Part shown: positions 36,513 through 46,963 of the stretch, in pieces | Numbering within the stretch: position 1 is the stretch's first letter | Layout: the number at the start of each line of letters is the position of its first letter | NCBI GenBank assembly: GCA_036505865.1 | Contig: DASXSP010000002.1 | Coordinates: 6,745-70,744, forward strand | Origin: Casimicrobiaceae bacterium | Lineage (GTDB): Bacteria; Pseudomonadota; Gammaproteobacteria; Burkholderiales; Casimicrobiaceae | DNA length: 64,000 nucleotides | Reading direction: 5' to 3' | Notes under the pieces: model-generated | Told to the model about the DNA's origin: nothing | The model's input: the letters and a program-made list of their open reading frames with translations, nothing else | Database searches by the model: none | Translations under genes and position numbers: made by a program

Positions 36513-36772
36513 GTCGATCTCCCGTGTCGAAGCGCCGAATACTACGCGTTTGTAGTTATTTCGCCCACAGCGCAAAGCCGGTCGACTCGATGAACCAAGG
36601 ATGCGCCGACATGATAAAGCGCTGCGCGTGTCGCGCTCCGTTCGACGCTCGCAAAAAGGTAAAACACACCGCGATTCCGCGAAAGGCACGAAGAGCGGAA
36701 CTGCGAAAGAGACGACGAAACGATTGCTCTTTTGCCCAACAGCAAACCCGTTGCAAGAAGGAGACACCCACG

Positions 36773-37770
36773 ATGAAGATTGCGCAAATCACGCGCGGCG
36801 TCGCGGCCGCGCTGTTTTTTTGCCTCACATCGCCGATTTTCGCGGCGATTCAATTGACGCCGGTCGTAAGCGGACTTCGAGCCCGGTATTCGTGACCCAC
36901 GCGGGTGACGGTTCGAACCGGCTCTTCATTGTCGAGCGAGGTGGGTCATCCGCGTTTTCCAACCCGACACTTCTGCGTTGATGCCCTTTCTCGACACTCA
37001 TGCCAAAGTCGTTGCCGGCGGCGAACAAGGACTGCTCGGTCTCGCATTCCACCCTCAGTATTCGACGAACGGCCGCTCCGGACCAGTATCTTTACATCGG
37101 CGTCGGCGACGGCGGTTCCGCGAACGATCCACCGAACAACGCGCAGAACGTCAACGTGCTGCTGGGAAAGATACTCCGTTTCGACGTTAGCGCGCCTGGG
37201 ACGTATTCGTCGCCACCGACCAATCCGTTCTTTGGCGCGACGCCCGGCGCGGACGAAATTTCGCATACGGCTTCCGCAATCCGTGGCGCTTCAGCTTCGA
37301 TCGGGCCACCGTGGTCCAGTGGGTTGCGGACGTCGGACAAGCCGCGCGCGAGGAAGTGGATACGCCGATCGTCAATGGCGGCAATTACGGCTGGCGCGTG
37401 TTTGAGGGATCCGCATGCACCAACACGGACCCTGCGCTTTGCAGCAGCCCGCAGAACTACATCTTTCCTCTCGTCGTTCGGTGAAGACGAGCAAGGCGAG
37501 CTCTATGTCGTCAATCTCGGTGGAAGCGTTGCGGTCACCGCGGCGCCTCGATGCGCGTGGACTGCGGGCAGCAACGCTTCGTGGATCACGATCAGCGGCG
37601 GGGCGACCGGAACCGGCAACGGGACGGTGACGTACGCCGTGGCGCCTTACACGGGTCATCCGAAGTACCGCAACGGAACCGCAACGATCGCGGGACAGAC
37701 GTTCTCGGTCAAGCAATCGAAGTGTGATTGTCATTCCATGCGTTGTCATCCTTGGCAACGCGAAGGATAA
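36773..37770 (+). pseudogene. Decayed PQQ-dependent sugar dehydrogenase (GSDH family) with C-terminal BACON-like domain
   Basis: Motifs spread over all three frames: signal, [85 protein letters not shown]; frameshifts near 36876, 36945, 37260 and apparent internal deletions near 37076 and 37468. Confidence 0.85.
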
Positions 37771-37945
37771 CAACATCGCTTCGTCATTCCGACGATAACG
37801 CTTTATCATCGGAGGAACCTGCTGTTGCATCGAAGGCAACAACAGGTCCCTCGCTTTGCTCGGGATGACAAAATGAATTATCGGGATGACAAAATGAATT
37901 GTCATTCCGAGGACAACGCCTTTCGTCCGAGGAACCTGCTTTTGC
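37729..37945. repeat. Cluster of family-2 REP-like elements and fragments
   Basis: gtcattccga...ctcgggatgaca unit 37783-37870, direct duplication tcgggatgacaaaatgaatt (37860-37879, 37881-37900), half element 37900-37945. Confidence 0.82.
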
Positions 37946-37952
37946 GGTCGGA

Positions 37953-39791
37953 TTACACGTGCACGTAGCACTGGATCTTTTCGAGCAGCCATCCACCCTG
38001 CCCGTTTCCGAGCTGGTTCCAGTTCGTCGTGTAATAGTGATCGCGCCCTTGCGTATTCCAGTAGCGATAGAGCGGCACGGCGCCGGCAACGGGCTGGTCG
38101 TGCACATAGCATCCGATACCCTCCAGGATCCACCCGTATCTGCCTGCACCGATCTCGGAGTACTCGGTCGTGAAGAAGTGATCGCCGAGTTGCGAATTCC
38201 AATAGCGGTAGAGCGGAACGGTGCCTGGAATCGCTGCGAGGTGCACGCGACAGGCAATCCCTTCGTACAGCCAATCCGCAGTGCCGGCGCCGAGCTCGTT
38301 CCAGTTCGTCGTATAGAAGTGATCCGGAATCTGTGCGTTCCAATAGCGGTAGAGCGGTTGCGGAACGTCCGTCTCCGTACCGAGTGCGCCCAGCAACTGA
38401 CGTAAATCGGGACGATTGCCGATACGTTTTGTCACGGGAGATTGCGGCAGATTGTCCTGTTGCGGCGATCCGGTCGCGCGCAGCAACGCGCGCGCCTGCG
38501 ATGGCGTGAGCGGCGTACCGACAGTTCTCGCAACGCCCTGCACGCAGCCCATCACCCCGGCGAGCATCGCCGATGCGCTCGACGTGCCGGCGAAGCCGTC
38601 GGTGTACCACGCGTTCGCGTTTGCGCCGCCTTGCAGATCGCCGTAACCCGTTGTCGTCACTTCGCGGCCCCAACCTTGCACGTCCACGGCCGAACCATAG
38701 TTGGAGAAGTCCTGACGCGATCGATCTGGACCCCACGTATTGCCGTGCGTGAAGAGCGGCGGAGCGCCGGCGCCGACGAGTATCGCGCCGCAATCGCGCG
38801 CGCGACGAAGTGGATTGCTCCATGTGGCCGGAAACCCCGCTGCGGGCGTATCGTAGAAAACGTCGTCGAGATTCTCATAGCCGTTGCCCGCGGCTTCGAC
38901 GACGATCACGCCCTTGGCCGTTGCATACAAAATCGCGTCGAAGTCGTCGGGCCACCATTCAAGCGGAAGATAGCCGAGCCCGGCCGGAGGCGGTCCGAAT
39001 CGCGGACCGGCGCGCTGTAATTCGATCAGAATAATGTCGCCCGCGCTCAAGCGATCGGCTGCGCTGTGAATTGCCGCAGCCGTGGATAAGCTTCCAGTCG
39101 GCGCAATACCGCTCACGTTGGCATCGCGGCAAATTCCCTTGATGCCGGTGCCGTCGCCGCTGAACACTCCGACTGCCGCAGTACCGTGATTGACGGAATC
39201 GGCGTCGGCAGACGGAATCCCTGCGACGACGCCGCCTTGATTGACGAGCAAATCTTCGTGCGCAAAATTCCACGCGACCTCGATGTCGATGATGCGCACG
39301 CCGGCGCCGCTGCCACCGGGAACTGCCCAGGCAAACTGCGCGTCCACGCCGCCGGGCGCAGGATCGAGATAAAGCTGACGTGAACTGAAATCGGGCGTCG
39401 TCGCGGGCGCCGGCGTCGTTTTAGGCGTCATGTCATTCAGCCCAGCGAGCGTCGCGGCCGGCTTGACGTATGCAGCGATCACGAGCGGAGAAGCGGATAG
39501 CGTTGCAGCGAGGGCGTCCAGCCTGCCGTCATCCGCATGCACGCGGTAGTAGTGCGCAAGTGTTGGTACGCGCACACCCGCCGCCGACAGCGTCGCATGT
39601 GCCTTCTCGAGACGATCCTCGGTGGTATCGAAAAGCGGCCGTAACGCTGCGCCGGCGGCGTTGATCGTCTGCGACAAGTGCGACACGTCGACACCGGCGA
39701 GCGATTCGATTCCCGTCGTCTTGGCGCGCAATCCGACGTCGGGCTTCATCATGACAACAAGTTCGCGTGCAAGCGTGCGCTGGTTCGGCAT
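37953..39791 (-). CDS. S8 serine peptidase with three C-terminal PLYRYWN...DHFYTT repeats (DUF5648-like)
   Basis: IIDIE (D), NHGTAAVG (H), AGTSSAS (S); no signal peptide visible. Confidence 0.88.
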   Translation of the reverse strand: MPNQRTLARELVVMMKPDVGLRAKTTGIESLAGVDVSHLSQTINAAGAALRPLFDTTEDRLEKAHATLSAAGVRVPTLAHYYRVHADDGRLDALAATLSASPLVIAAYVKPAATLAGLNDMTPKTTPAPATTPDFSSRQLYLDPAPGGVDAQFAWAVPGGSGAGVRIIDIEVAWNFAHEDLLVNQGGVVAGIPSADADSVNHGTAAVGVFSGDGTGIKGICRDANVSGIAPTGSLSTAAAIHSAADRLSAGDIILIELQRAGPRFGPPPAGLGYLPLEWWPDDFDAILYATAKGVIVVEAAGNGYENLDDVFYDTPAAGFPATWSNPLRRARDCGAILVGAGAPPLFTHGNTWGPDRSRQDFSNYGSAVDVQGWGREVTTTGYGDLQGGANANAWYTDGFAGTSSASAMLAGVMGCVQGVARTVGTPLTPSQARALLRATGSPQQDNLPQSPVTKRIGNRPDLRQLLGALGTETDVPQPLYRYWNAQIPDHFYTTNWNELGAGTADWLYEGIACRVHLAAIPGTVPLYRYWNSQLGDHFFTTEYSEIGAGRYGWILEGIGCYVHDQPVAGAVPLYRYWNTQGRDHYYTTNWNQLGNGQGGWLLEKIQCYVHV

Positions 39792-39898
39792 GCCGGTCTC
39801 CGATCACGAGATATGCGCGTACAGCAACGATCGTTGCATCAACGGAATGCCTACGCGCGAGAGGCCACTAGAATATCGAGAACGCCGGAGAATCGCCA

Positions 39899-40186
39899 AT
39901 GGATAGTTGCTCGCACTTCGATCAGATTCGTCCCGTGACGCCGCGCGCCAACGGTTGCGAGGAATGCCTGCGCACGGGTGACAGCTGGGTTCATCTGCGG
40001 TTATGCCTTTCCTGTGGGCACGTCGGTTGCTGTGACGATTCGAAGAACAAGCACGCGAGCGCGCATTTTCGCGAAACGCATCACCCGATCGTCCGGTCGT
40101 TCGAGCCGGGCGAGACCTGGGGCTGGTGCTTCGTCGACGAGGCCTTCTACGACGAGATGCCAACCGGCTCGACGGGATTCTTGTGA
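39899..40186 (+). CDS. UBP-type zinc finger protein
   Basis: CEEC...HLRLCLSCGHVGCCDDSKNKHASAH...WGWCFVD. Confidence 0.93.
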   Translation: MDSCSHFDQIRPVTPRANGCEECLRTGDSWVHLRLCLSCGHVGCCDDSKNKHASAHFRETHHPIVRSFEPGETWGWCFVDEAFYDEMPTGSTGFL

Positions 40187-40226
40187 CCAAGCCTGCGCGA
40201 TCCGTCGGCGCGCGCGGTTGCAGCCT

Positions 40227-41957
40227 ATGATTACCGCTGAACATCTGAAAACTGTCCCGCTCTTGGCCGACGTACCGGAGCGGGAGCTCGCCGTCATCGC
40301 GTCGCGTGCGGCGGACGTCTATCTGCGCCCGAACGATTGGTTGATTCAGGAAGGCGAGATTCCGGCGTTTTTCATCGTGCTCTCCGGACGGATCACGGTG
40401 TCGAAGCAGTTCGGCGGCATCGAGCGCGTCATCAACACCTATCGGACTGGCGACTACGCCGGCGAAGTGCCGCTGCTGCTCGGCTCGCCGGCGATTGCGA
40501 GCTTGCGTGCGGCAGAGCCTACGCGGGTGTGCCGCCTCGAACCGGCCGATTTTCGCGAGCTCATCTCCGCGTGCGCGCACCTCAATGCGCAGATCATGCG
40601 GACGATGGCCACGCGTATTGGGCATCTGCAACAGGTGTCGGCCGAGACACCGATTGCGACGGTGAAGCTCATCGGACATCGTTTCGATCTTGCGTGTCAC
40701 GACCTGCGCGATTTTCTTGCGCGCAATCGCGTGTCGTTCCGCTGGCACGATATTCACGATCCCGAGGGTCGCGTGGGACTCGGTCCGACGCCGCAGCCGA
40801 CCGAAGCCTATCCGGTCGTCGTATTGCCCGACGGCGAACGACTCGCGACGCCGAGCTTTCGAACGGTCGCCGAGCGACTCGGGCTGCAAACGATGCCGTC
40901 CGCGGGTCGCTACGACGTCGCGATCATCGGCGCTGGACCGGCCGGTTTGGCGGCGGCCGTTTACGGTGCCTCCGAAGGGCTACGCACAATTCTGATCGAG
41001 CGGAATGCGCCAGGCGGACAGGCGGGTACATCGTCACGCATCGAGAACTACCTCGGCTTTCCGACGGGCGTTGCCGGCGACGACCTCGGAAATCGCGCGC
41101 TGCAACAGGCGAAGCGCTTCGGCGCAGAAATTATCGTCGCGCGTGAAGTCATCGGCATCGCCGCAGATCCGCTGCGATCGAAACGGACGATCCGGCTCGA
41201 CGGTGGCAACGACGTCGAAGCGCAAACGATTATCGTCGCCAACGGCGTGACATGGCGCAAGCTTGAAGTCATCGGCGCTGAAGCGCTCGTCGGTCGGGGA
41301 ATTTACTACGGCGCATCGCGAACGGAAGCTGCGGGTACGCGCGGCCTCGATATTTTTCTCATCGGCGGCGGCAATTCGGCGGGCCAGGCGGCGATGTTTT
41401 TCGCCGACTATGCGCGCACCGTCACGATACTGATCCGCGGCGCGTCGCTCTCGGCCAGCATGTCGCATTACTTGATCGAGCAGCTCGCGAGGAAATCCAA
41501 CGTCAAGATCGAAGCGGCGAGCCAGGTGGTCGCGCTCGAAGGCGCCGACCATCTCGAAGCGATCGTCATCGAGGATCGTCGGAGCGGTGCGCGGCGCCGC
41601 GCCGCGACACAAGCGCTGTTCGTGTTCATCGGCGCCGACGCGGACACTGCGTGGCTTCCGCCTAGCGTCATCTGCGACGAGCGCGGCTACGTCTGCACGG
41701 GACGAGACGTTGTCGACCTCGTCGAGAAACAGTACGGATCATGGCCACTTCCGCGCGATCCGTTCCTGTTGGAGACCAGCGTCCCCGGCATCTTCGCGGC
41801 CGGCGACGTGCGCCACGGCTCGATCAAGCGCGTGGCATCCGGTGTGGGCGAAGGCAGCATGGCGATCGCATTCGTTCACCAATATCTCGCCGAGCTTGAC
41901 GCGACCGACGATCACCTCGCACGCGACGCGATAGCCGACGTCGCAGCGCCACGATAG
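40227..41957 (+). CDS. cNMP-binding domain plus thioredoxin-reductase-like FAD oxidoreductase
   Basis: Cyclic-nucleotide fold (LIQEGE, AGEVPLL), GAGPAG, GGQAGTSSRIENYLGFP, GGGNSAGQAA, GIFAAGDVR. Confidence 0.92.
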   Translation: MITAEHLKTVPLLADVPERELAVIASRAADVYLRPNDWLIQEGEIPAFFIVLSGRITVSKQFGGIERVINTYRTGDYAGEVPLLLGSPAIASLRAAEPTRVCRLEPADFRELISACAHLNAQIMRTMATRIGHLQQVSAETPIATVKLIGHRFDLACHDLRDFLARNRVSFRWHDIHDPEGRVGLGPTPQPTEAYPVVVLPDGERLATPSFRTVAERLGLQTMPSAGRYDVAIIGAGPAGLAAAVYGASEGLRTILIERNAPGGQAGTSSRIENYLGFPTGVAGDDLGNRALQQAKRFGAEIIVAREVIGIAADPLRSKRTIRLDGGNDVEAQTIIVANGVTWRKLEVIGAEALVGRGIYYGASRTEAAGTRGLDIFLIGGGNSAGQAAMFFADYARTVTILIRGASLSASMSHYLIEQLARKSNVKIEAASQVVALEGADHLEAIVIEDRRSGARRRAATQALFVFIGADADTAWLPPSVICDERGYVCTGRDVVDLVEKQYGSWPLPRDPFLLETSVPGIFAAGDVRHGSIKRVASGVGEGSMAIAFVHQYLAELDATDDHLARDAIADVAAPR

Positions 41958-41972
41958 CGCACACCGCCGCCG

Positions 41973-43472
41973 TTAGCTGCGGAGCAGTGCGAGCCGCGCG
42001 AATTGTTCCAGCGCATAGTCGACGAATGCGCGTGCTTTATCGAGATCGTGACCGAAAGCGGGACCGTTCATTGCGCTCGCCAGCGCCACGCGATCGCGTG
42101 TTCCATCGAGGAGCGTCAGCAACTGCCGGGCGTGAATATCGGGCAAGCGGGCGCGCATGTGCAATAACGTCGTAACTTCATCGTTGCCCCGTGCCTGAAG
42201 CCTTGCAAGCGGGCTTGCGACGGGACGCTGTGTCACAGTGGGCGACACTGAAGGCGGGTGCACGTGCAACGTCACCACCGCCGACACGAACGCATCGGTC
42301 AGAATCGCTTCGAGCGGACGCGGCAGCCCGCCAACCCTCTGCCGGAGGTTTTCCACCCGTGTCGCGCCCGGCGAACCCTGCACCAGCGCGTCGAGCAGCA
42401 TGCGAACCGGGCCGTTTTCGCCGTTGGCCGGATCGAGCGCCCGCGCCAGGTCGCCGACCTTCCCCGCCTCTGCCGCGCGCAGCAGTGAAGGGTCCGCCGA
42501 TACATGCATCTCGCCGATGCGCTTCGGGTGTAACGTGATCGCGCTCTGCGACTCTCCCTTCTGCAACAGCGATTGACGAAAGCGTCGCAGACGAACGAAG
42601 TCGAGATATTGCTCGCGCGATAACGGGTCCAACGTGGCGAGGAACGCGCGGGCGTCCGCTGAAACGCCGGCAGCGCTCATCGAATGTACGTCGGCTTCCG
42701 CCAGATACTTAAGCCCGAAGCGACCCGCATGGGTGACAAAGTCGCGAAAATAAAACGGGTCGTTCGGGACGGCGAGGTCGTCGTGACACAACGCGCTGTC
42801 GGTCCGCTCCGCGATCGCGCGAAACTCCGCGCGTACCGCTTCGTCCGCGTCGTACCAAGCCTTACCGCCATCGGCGAGGATTCGCGCGAGCTTGCGCGCT
42901 TCGCTAAGGCGCATGCGCGGATCGTCGATCCGATCGACGTGCGCATGAAGCACCTCCCACGCCGCCTGCCGCACACGGCAGCCCGGGAGCGCGTTGAAGC
43001 TCACGAACATGACGCCGTTCGAAGAAAGCCGCGCGTTCACGAGCGCAAAAAGCGCGTCGCGAATCTGTGCGGGCACCCATGAATAAACACCGTGCGCGAC
43101 GATGTAATCGAATGTTCCGTGCGACGGCGAAAGCACCGCAAGGTCTTCTTCGACAAGCGTGATGTTCGATAGCCCCAATTCCGCGATCGTCCGACGGCCG
43201 GCAGCAAGCGCGCGCGCCGACAGATCGCAACCGACGAATTCTGCCGACGGCAAGCTCATCGCCATCGGAATCAGATTTGCGCCGTCGTTGCAGCCGACCT
43301 CGAGCACGCAGCATTGCGCGACATCGGGCGGATGCATGCCGAGAAACGTCGCGACCGTCGCCAGGCGATCCGGATGCGTCACCGCGTGCGGAAGCGCGGC
43401 GTACGGAATTTCGTCGTAGCGCGCAGCGAGTGCGACGTTGCTCGTGTCGCGGCTGTCGTTCGTCGCCGTCAC
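41973..43472 (-). CDS. Class I SAM methyltransferase with methyltransferase regulatory domain
   Basis: VLEVGCNDGAN, FDYIVAHGVYSWVP, VSFNALPG, HDDLAVPNDPFYF, EQYLDFVRLRRFRQSLL. Confidence 0.88.
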   Translation of the reverse strand: MTATNDSRDTSNVALAARYDEIPYAALPHAVTHPDRLATVATFLGMHPPDVAQCCVLEVGCNDGANLIPMAMSLPSAEFVGCDLSARALAAGRRTIAELGLSNITLVEEDLAVLSPSHGTFDYIVAHGVYSWVPAQIRDALFALVNARLSSNGVMFVSFNALPGCRVRQAAWEVLHAHVDRIDDPRMRLSEARKLARILADGGKAWYDADEAVRAEFRAIAERTDSALCHDDLAVPNDPFYFRDFVTHAGRFGLKYLAEADVHSMSAAGVSADARAFLATLDPLSREQYLDFVRLRRFRQSLLQKGESQSAITLHPKRIGEMHVSADPSLLRAAEAGKVGDLARALDPANGENGPVRMLLDALVQGSPGATRVENLRQRVGGLPRPLEAILTDAFVSAVVTLHVHPPSVSPTVTQRPVASPLARLQARGNDEVTTLLHMRARLPDIHARQLLTLLDGTRDRVALASAMNGPAFGHDLDKARAFVDYALEQFARLALLRS

Positions 43473-45112
43473 GGCTGGAATTGGTACGGTGGCAACGTGG
43501 AGAGTCGCGGGTCGTCGATAGGTCCGCCGGTCGTGAAGTGATACAAGCTTTGCCAGCGACGATCGGCGATGCCCAGGAGCTCGTGCATTTCATCGTCGAA
43601 AAAGCAGCCGATTCCGGTGGAGCGCACACCGGCCGCCTCGGCTTCGAGATAGAGCACGTGCCCCAACATGCCGCATTCCCAAAACATACGCCGATAGCGC
43701 CACGGCGCATCGGCGGCTCGCTCGACCGGCGCCAACATTCCCAATGCAAAACACGAATCGGCTGCAATGTCCTGATGACAGCAAATCAACTTCGCGATTT
43801 CTCGGAGCTCATAAGGCAACAACAAGTACAGCGGCAGATGCGCGGGCCCCCGTTTCTCCCATAGCCATTCCAGTCGCAGCGTCCGCTGAACCTCGGCCAG
43901 CGCCGAGGAATCACGTAAAAGCATGTACAGACCGGCGTCAAGTCCGCGCACACGATGGACGAGTATCGCCGCGTGAACTTCTGGCGAAGAGTCGAACGCA
44001 TGCCACGGCGGTGTGTTTGCGCGCGGCAGGAGCGCATCGAGCATCGCGCAAAAGTGCGCGCCGCTGATGTGCGTTTCGCCATCGAAGTCGACTGCGCTTC
44101 GACGCTGGCGCGCGAGCGTGGCGAACGGCAGATCCAACGGCGGATCCGCGGGTGCGGGCAGCGGCATCGCGAGCGCTGAAGCAGAGTCATTCGTTATTGG
44201 CTTCTGCGACGCGCGATGGATCGAATCGATATCCGGCCACTCCACGTGCTCGGCGCTCAATCGATTGGCGCGGCCCGACCACGTTGCGTTTTGGAGCAAC
44301 TCGCGCATGCGCTCGACGTCGGGATGCGAAGATCCAGCGCCGATCCAAAGCAACGTATCTGCCGCTTCTTTCTCCGCAGCGTCGAAATCCGCGTCGCGGT
44401 CGATACCGAGCACCGCCGCAACCGATTCGTCGTCCGGCGACGAAAGTAAGCGCGCCTCCCAGCCGAGCGCGGCAGCGGCGTAGCTCAACGCCGCGATCGC
44501 GTGTCCACAGTCGTGTTGGCAATAGCGCCACGCCCGCATGCCGTATTTCCAGGCTTCGCGCCAGTAGATGGACGTGATGCCGACGACGACGCCGTCGTTG
44601 CCAAACGCCGGCGGCCAGCGCGGATCATCGATCGCCGCGCGCCGCTCGAGCACGTGGTCTCGGCTTAGGTAGTGATAGACGCCCGCGGATAAATCCGGCA
44701 ATGACGGACAAACAAGATAAGCTTCGGTGGGATGCAGATTGCCGCTCGATGGATTGCAACGGAGGGACCAGCGACTGCCGCCGAACGCTTTCCACGCCGA
44801 CAGCCCCAGCGACATCTCGAACAGCATCGCGATGCCGACGAGATCGAACGCGTGGGCTAATCCGACTTCGCCGCGACGAATAGCGTTGTAGCGGCTCGCG
44901 AGTTTATCCGCCGCGAACGGCAACTTGACGGACTCCGCGCCGGCGAATCGTCGAAACGGGTCGGGCTGATTCGCCCAATCCAACCGGCCCGGACCGGATG
45001 CGTAACGATTGAGGCGGTGCTTGCTCGCCTCGTGATAGTCGAATAATGCCGACGTTCGACTTGATTCGCCGGCATCGCCGATCAAGCCATTCGCTCCAGC
45101 TCGGGACTCCAT
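43469..45112 (-). CDS. SagB/ThcOx-like two-domain nitroreductase
   Basis: YHEASKH...LDWANQPDPFR, RCNPSSGNLHPTEAY, WKYGMRAWRYCQHDCGH, RRSAVDF, TGIGCFFDD; true start may be TTG at 45085 overlapping the fba stop. Confidence 0.88.
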   Translation of the reverse strand: MESRAGANGLIGDAGESSRTSALFDYHEASKHRLNRYASGPGRLDWANQPDPFRRFAGAESVKLPFAADKLASRYNAIRRGEVGLAHAFDLVGIAMLFEMSLGLSAWKAFGGSRWSLRCNPSSGNLHPTEAYLVCPSLPDLSAGVYHYLSRDHVLERRAAIDDPRWPPAFGNDGVVVGITSIYWREAWKYGMRAWRYCQHDCGHAIAALSYAAAALGWEARLLSSPDDESVAAVLGIDRDADFDAAEKEAADTLLWIGAGSSHPDVERMRELLQNATWSGRANRLSAEHVEWPDIDSIHRASQKPITNDSASALAMPLPAPADPPLDLPFATLARQRRSAVDFDGETHISGAHFCAMLDALLPRANTPPWHAFDSSPEVHAAILVHRVRGLDAGLYMLLRDSSALAEVQRTLRLEWLWEKRGPAHLPLYLLLPYELREIAKLICCHQDIAADSCFALGMLAPVERAADAPWRYRRMFWECGMLGHVLYLEAEAAGVRSTGIGCFFDDEMHELLGIADRRWQSLYHFTTGGPIDDPRLSTLPPYQFQP

Positions 45113-46107
45113 TTACCCGCGCGCGCCAATGAATTCATTTTGACGCGCTGATAAAAAGCCTTTTGCGCGGCGGCTACATTTTCCGGTCGTCCGCCCCACG
45201 CACGCATTGCGGGATCCTGCAGCGCACGCGCATACGAAAACGACAACACCCATGGCACACGCGGATAGAGCTTGTTCATAGCGTTCAAGTTCGCCGTTGC
45301 TTCCTCCGGGGTTTGGCCGCCCGATAGAAAGTTGATCGTCGGCACGGCGGCGGGAACGTTGCGAAGCAGCACTTCGACGGTTGCGGTGGCAATCTGATCG
45401 GCGGTCGCCTTGGACGAATGCTCCTTGCCTGGCAGAACCATGCTGGGCTTCAGCACGATGCTTTCGAGCATCACCTTGTGGCGATGCAATGCGGTGAAAA
45501 CGGCGTGCAGCACGGCGTCGCTTACTTCGCGACACCGCGCCATGCTGTGATCACCGTCGATCAGCACCTCCGGCTCGACGATCGGTACGATCCCCTCTTG
45601 TTGGCAGATCGCGGCATAGCGCGCAAGCACCTCGGCGTTCGCGTCGATGCCGAGTTGCGTGGGGTTTTGATCGGTGATGCCGTAGACCTCGCGCCATTTG
45701 GCAAAGCGAACGCCATACTTCTTGTACGCGCTGAGCCGCTCGGCGAGGCCGTCCAAGCCTTGCGTAATCAAATCGCCGGGCGCGTTGGGCAGCGGTGTCG
45801 TTCCCTTGTCGACCTTGATGCCGGGCAGGATGCCGGCGCGAGTCAACACCTCGGGCAACGGAGTGCCGTCATCTGCGTTCTGCGACAACGTCTCCTCGAA
45901 CAGGATCACGCCGCTCAAGTATTCGTCGGCGCCGCGGGTCGTGAACAACAACGAACGATATCGGCGGCGCGTTTCCTCGGTTGATTCGATGCCGAGCGCC
46001 TTGAAGCGCTTGGTGATCGTCGGCTGGCTTTCGTCGGCAGCCAGGATTCCGCGGCCGGGCCGCGTGAGCTCGAGAATCGTCGCGTGAAGTGGGTTGTCCG
46101 TGGCCAT
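45082..46107 (-). CDS. fba: Class I fructose-bisphosphate aldolase (eukaryote-like family)
   Basis: GILAADES, GIKVDKG, FAKWR, VPIVEPEV, LKPSMV, FLSGGQ, FSYARALQ. Confidence 0.95.
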   Translation of the reverse strand: MATDNPLHATILELTRPGRGILAADESQPTITKRFKALGIESTEETRRRYRSLLFTTRGADEYLSGVILFEETLSQNADDGTPLPEVLTRAGILPGIKVDKGTTPLPNAPGDLITQGLDGLAERLSAYKKYGVRFAKWREVYGITDQNPTQLGIDANAEVLARYAAICQQEGIVPIVEPEVLIDGDHSMARCREVSDAVLHAVFTALHRHKVMLESIVLKPSMVLPGKEHSSKATADQIATATVEVLLRNVPAAVPTINFLSGGQTPEEATANLNAMNKLYPRVPWVLSFSYARALQDPAMRAWGGRPENVAAAQKAFYQRVKMNSLARAGKWSPELERMA

Positions 46108-46195
46108 GGCGTGATCCTTTGAATGCGGCAGCGCGCTTGAAAAATCCAATTATCGCGCATCGGCCGACCCGTTTCCCGCCACGACTTCCGATTGC

Positions 46196-46963
46196 TTAAT
46201 CCTCGCGCACGAGCCTTCCGATGAAGCCCGATAATTCGGCGGCGTTCAGATCCGATACTGCGAGCCAGTCCATTGCGGAGCCGGCTGCATGTACAACGTT
46301 GAAGCCGCGGACTGTTCGCAATGCCGCAGGCTGCGCGGTCGCCGTCGGCGGCCGGATGAAGACATCGATTATGTGATCACGGCGTCGATAGACCAGCGTC
46401 GCGACGGGTTGCCGGTCGAGATAATCGATCCGTGCGCCGACAAGCGTGAAGCCCTCGCTCGCCAAATCGCGCACTGGCGGAGAGTAATCGAGCCGCGCTG
46501 AAAGCCACGGCTTGACCGTATGCCGATCGGACGATGCAACCTCGACCCGATGATTGCCGAGCGAAGCGCGAACGTGCATCGTCACCGCTTCAACTGCTCG
46601 ATCTTCGTTCGTACGCCAATCGACGATCGCGGTGCCGATGATCCACGCTACGACGGTCGCTACAGAACCTGCGAGCGCCCCGCCGGTCATCCAGCGCCAG
46701 CGCTGGGCCGGAGACGTACGATCTGCGCGTGCAGAAGCCACGCCTGAAAGCTTCGCGAGGACACGTTCGCGCAGTGCGGACGGCGCCTTGAAATAAGGAA
46801 CCTCCGCGCGGATCTGCGCACGCAACGCCAGCAGCTCCTGATGGCTCGCCGCACAGGCCGCGCATGTGCGCAAATGATCGCGGATCGTGTGACCGCGTCG
46901 TACATCGACCTCGCCGTCAACGTACGCCGCGATCATCGCTGCCGCTTCGTTGCAATTCATCAT
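46196..46963 (-). CDS. Membrane anti-sigma factor (zf-HC2)
   Basis: HLRTCAAC zinc motif, one TM helix, SSDRHTVKPWLSARLDYSPPV. Confidence 0.92.
   Translation of the reverse strand: MMNCNEAAAMIAAYVDGEVDVRRGHTIRDHLRTCAACAASHQELLALRAQIRAEVPYFKAPSALRERVLAKLSGVASARADRTSPAQRWRWMTGGALAGSVATVVAWIIGTAIVDWRTNEDRAVEAVTMHVRASLGNHRVEVASSDRHTVKPWLSARLDYSPPVRDLASEGFTLVGARIDYLDRQPVATLVYRRRDHIIDVFIRPPTATAQPAALRTVRGFNVVHAAGSAMDWLAVSDLNAAELSGFIGRLVRED

Noticed and set aside
37860-37900. Direct repeats as a mini CRISPR array
   Set aside because: Two 20-bp copies with a 1-nt gap, part of a REP arm; no spacers or cas genes.
43469-45112. Azole RiPP biosynthetic cluster
   Set aside because: No YcaO cyclodehydratase, precursor peptide or exporter nearby.
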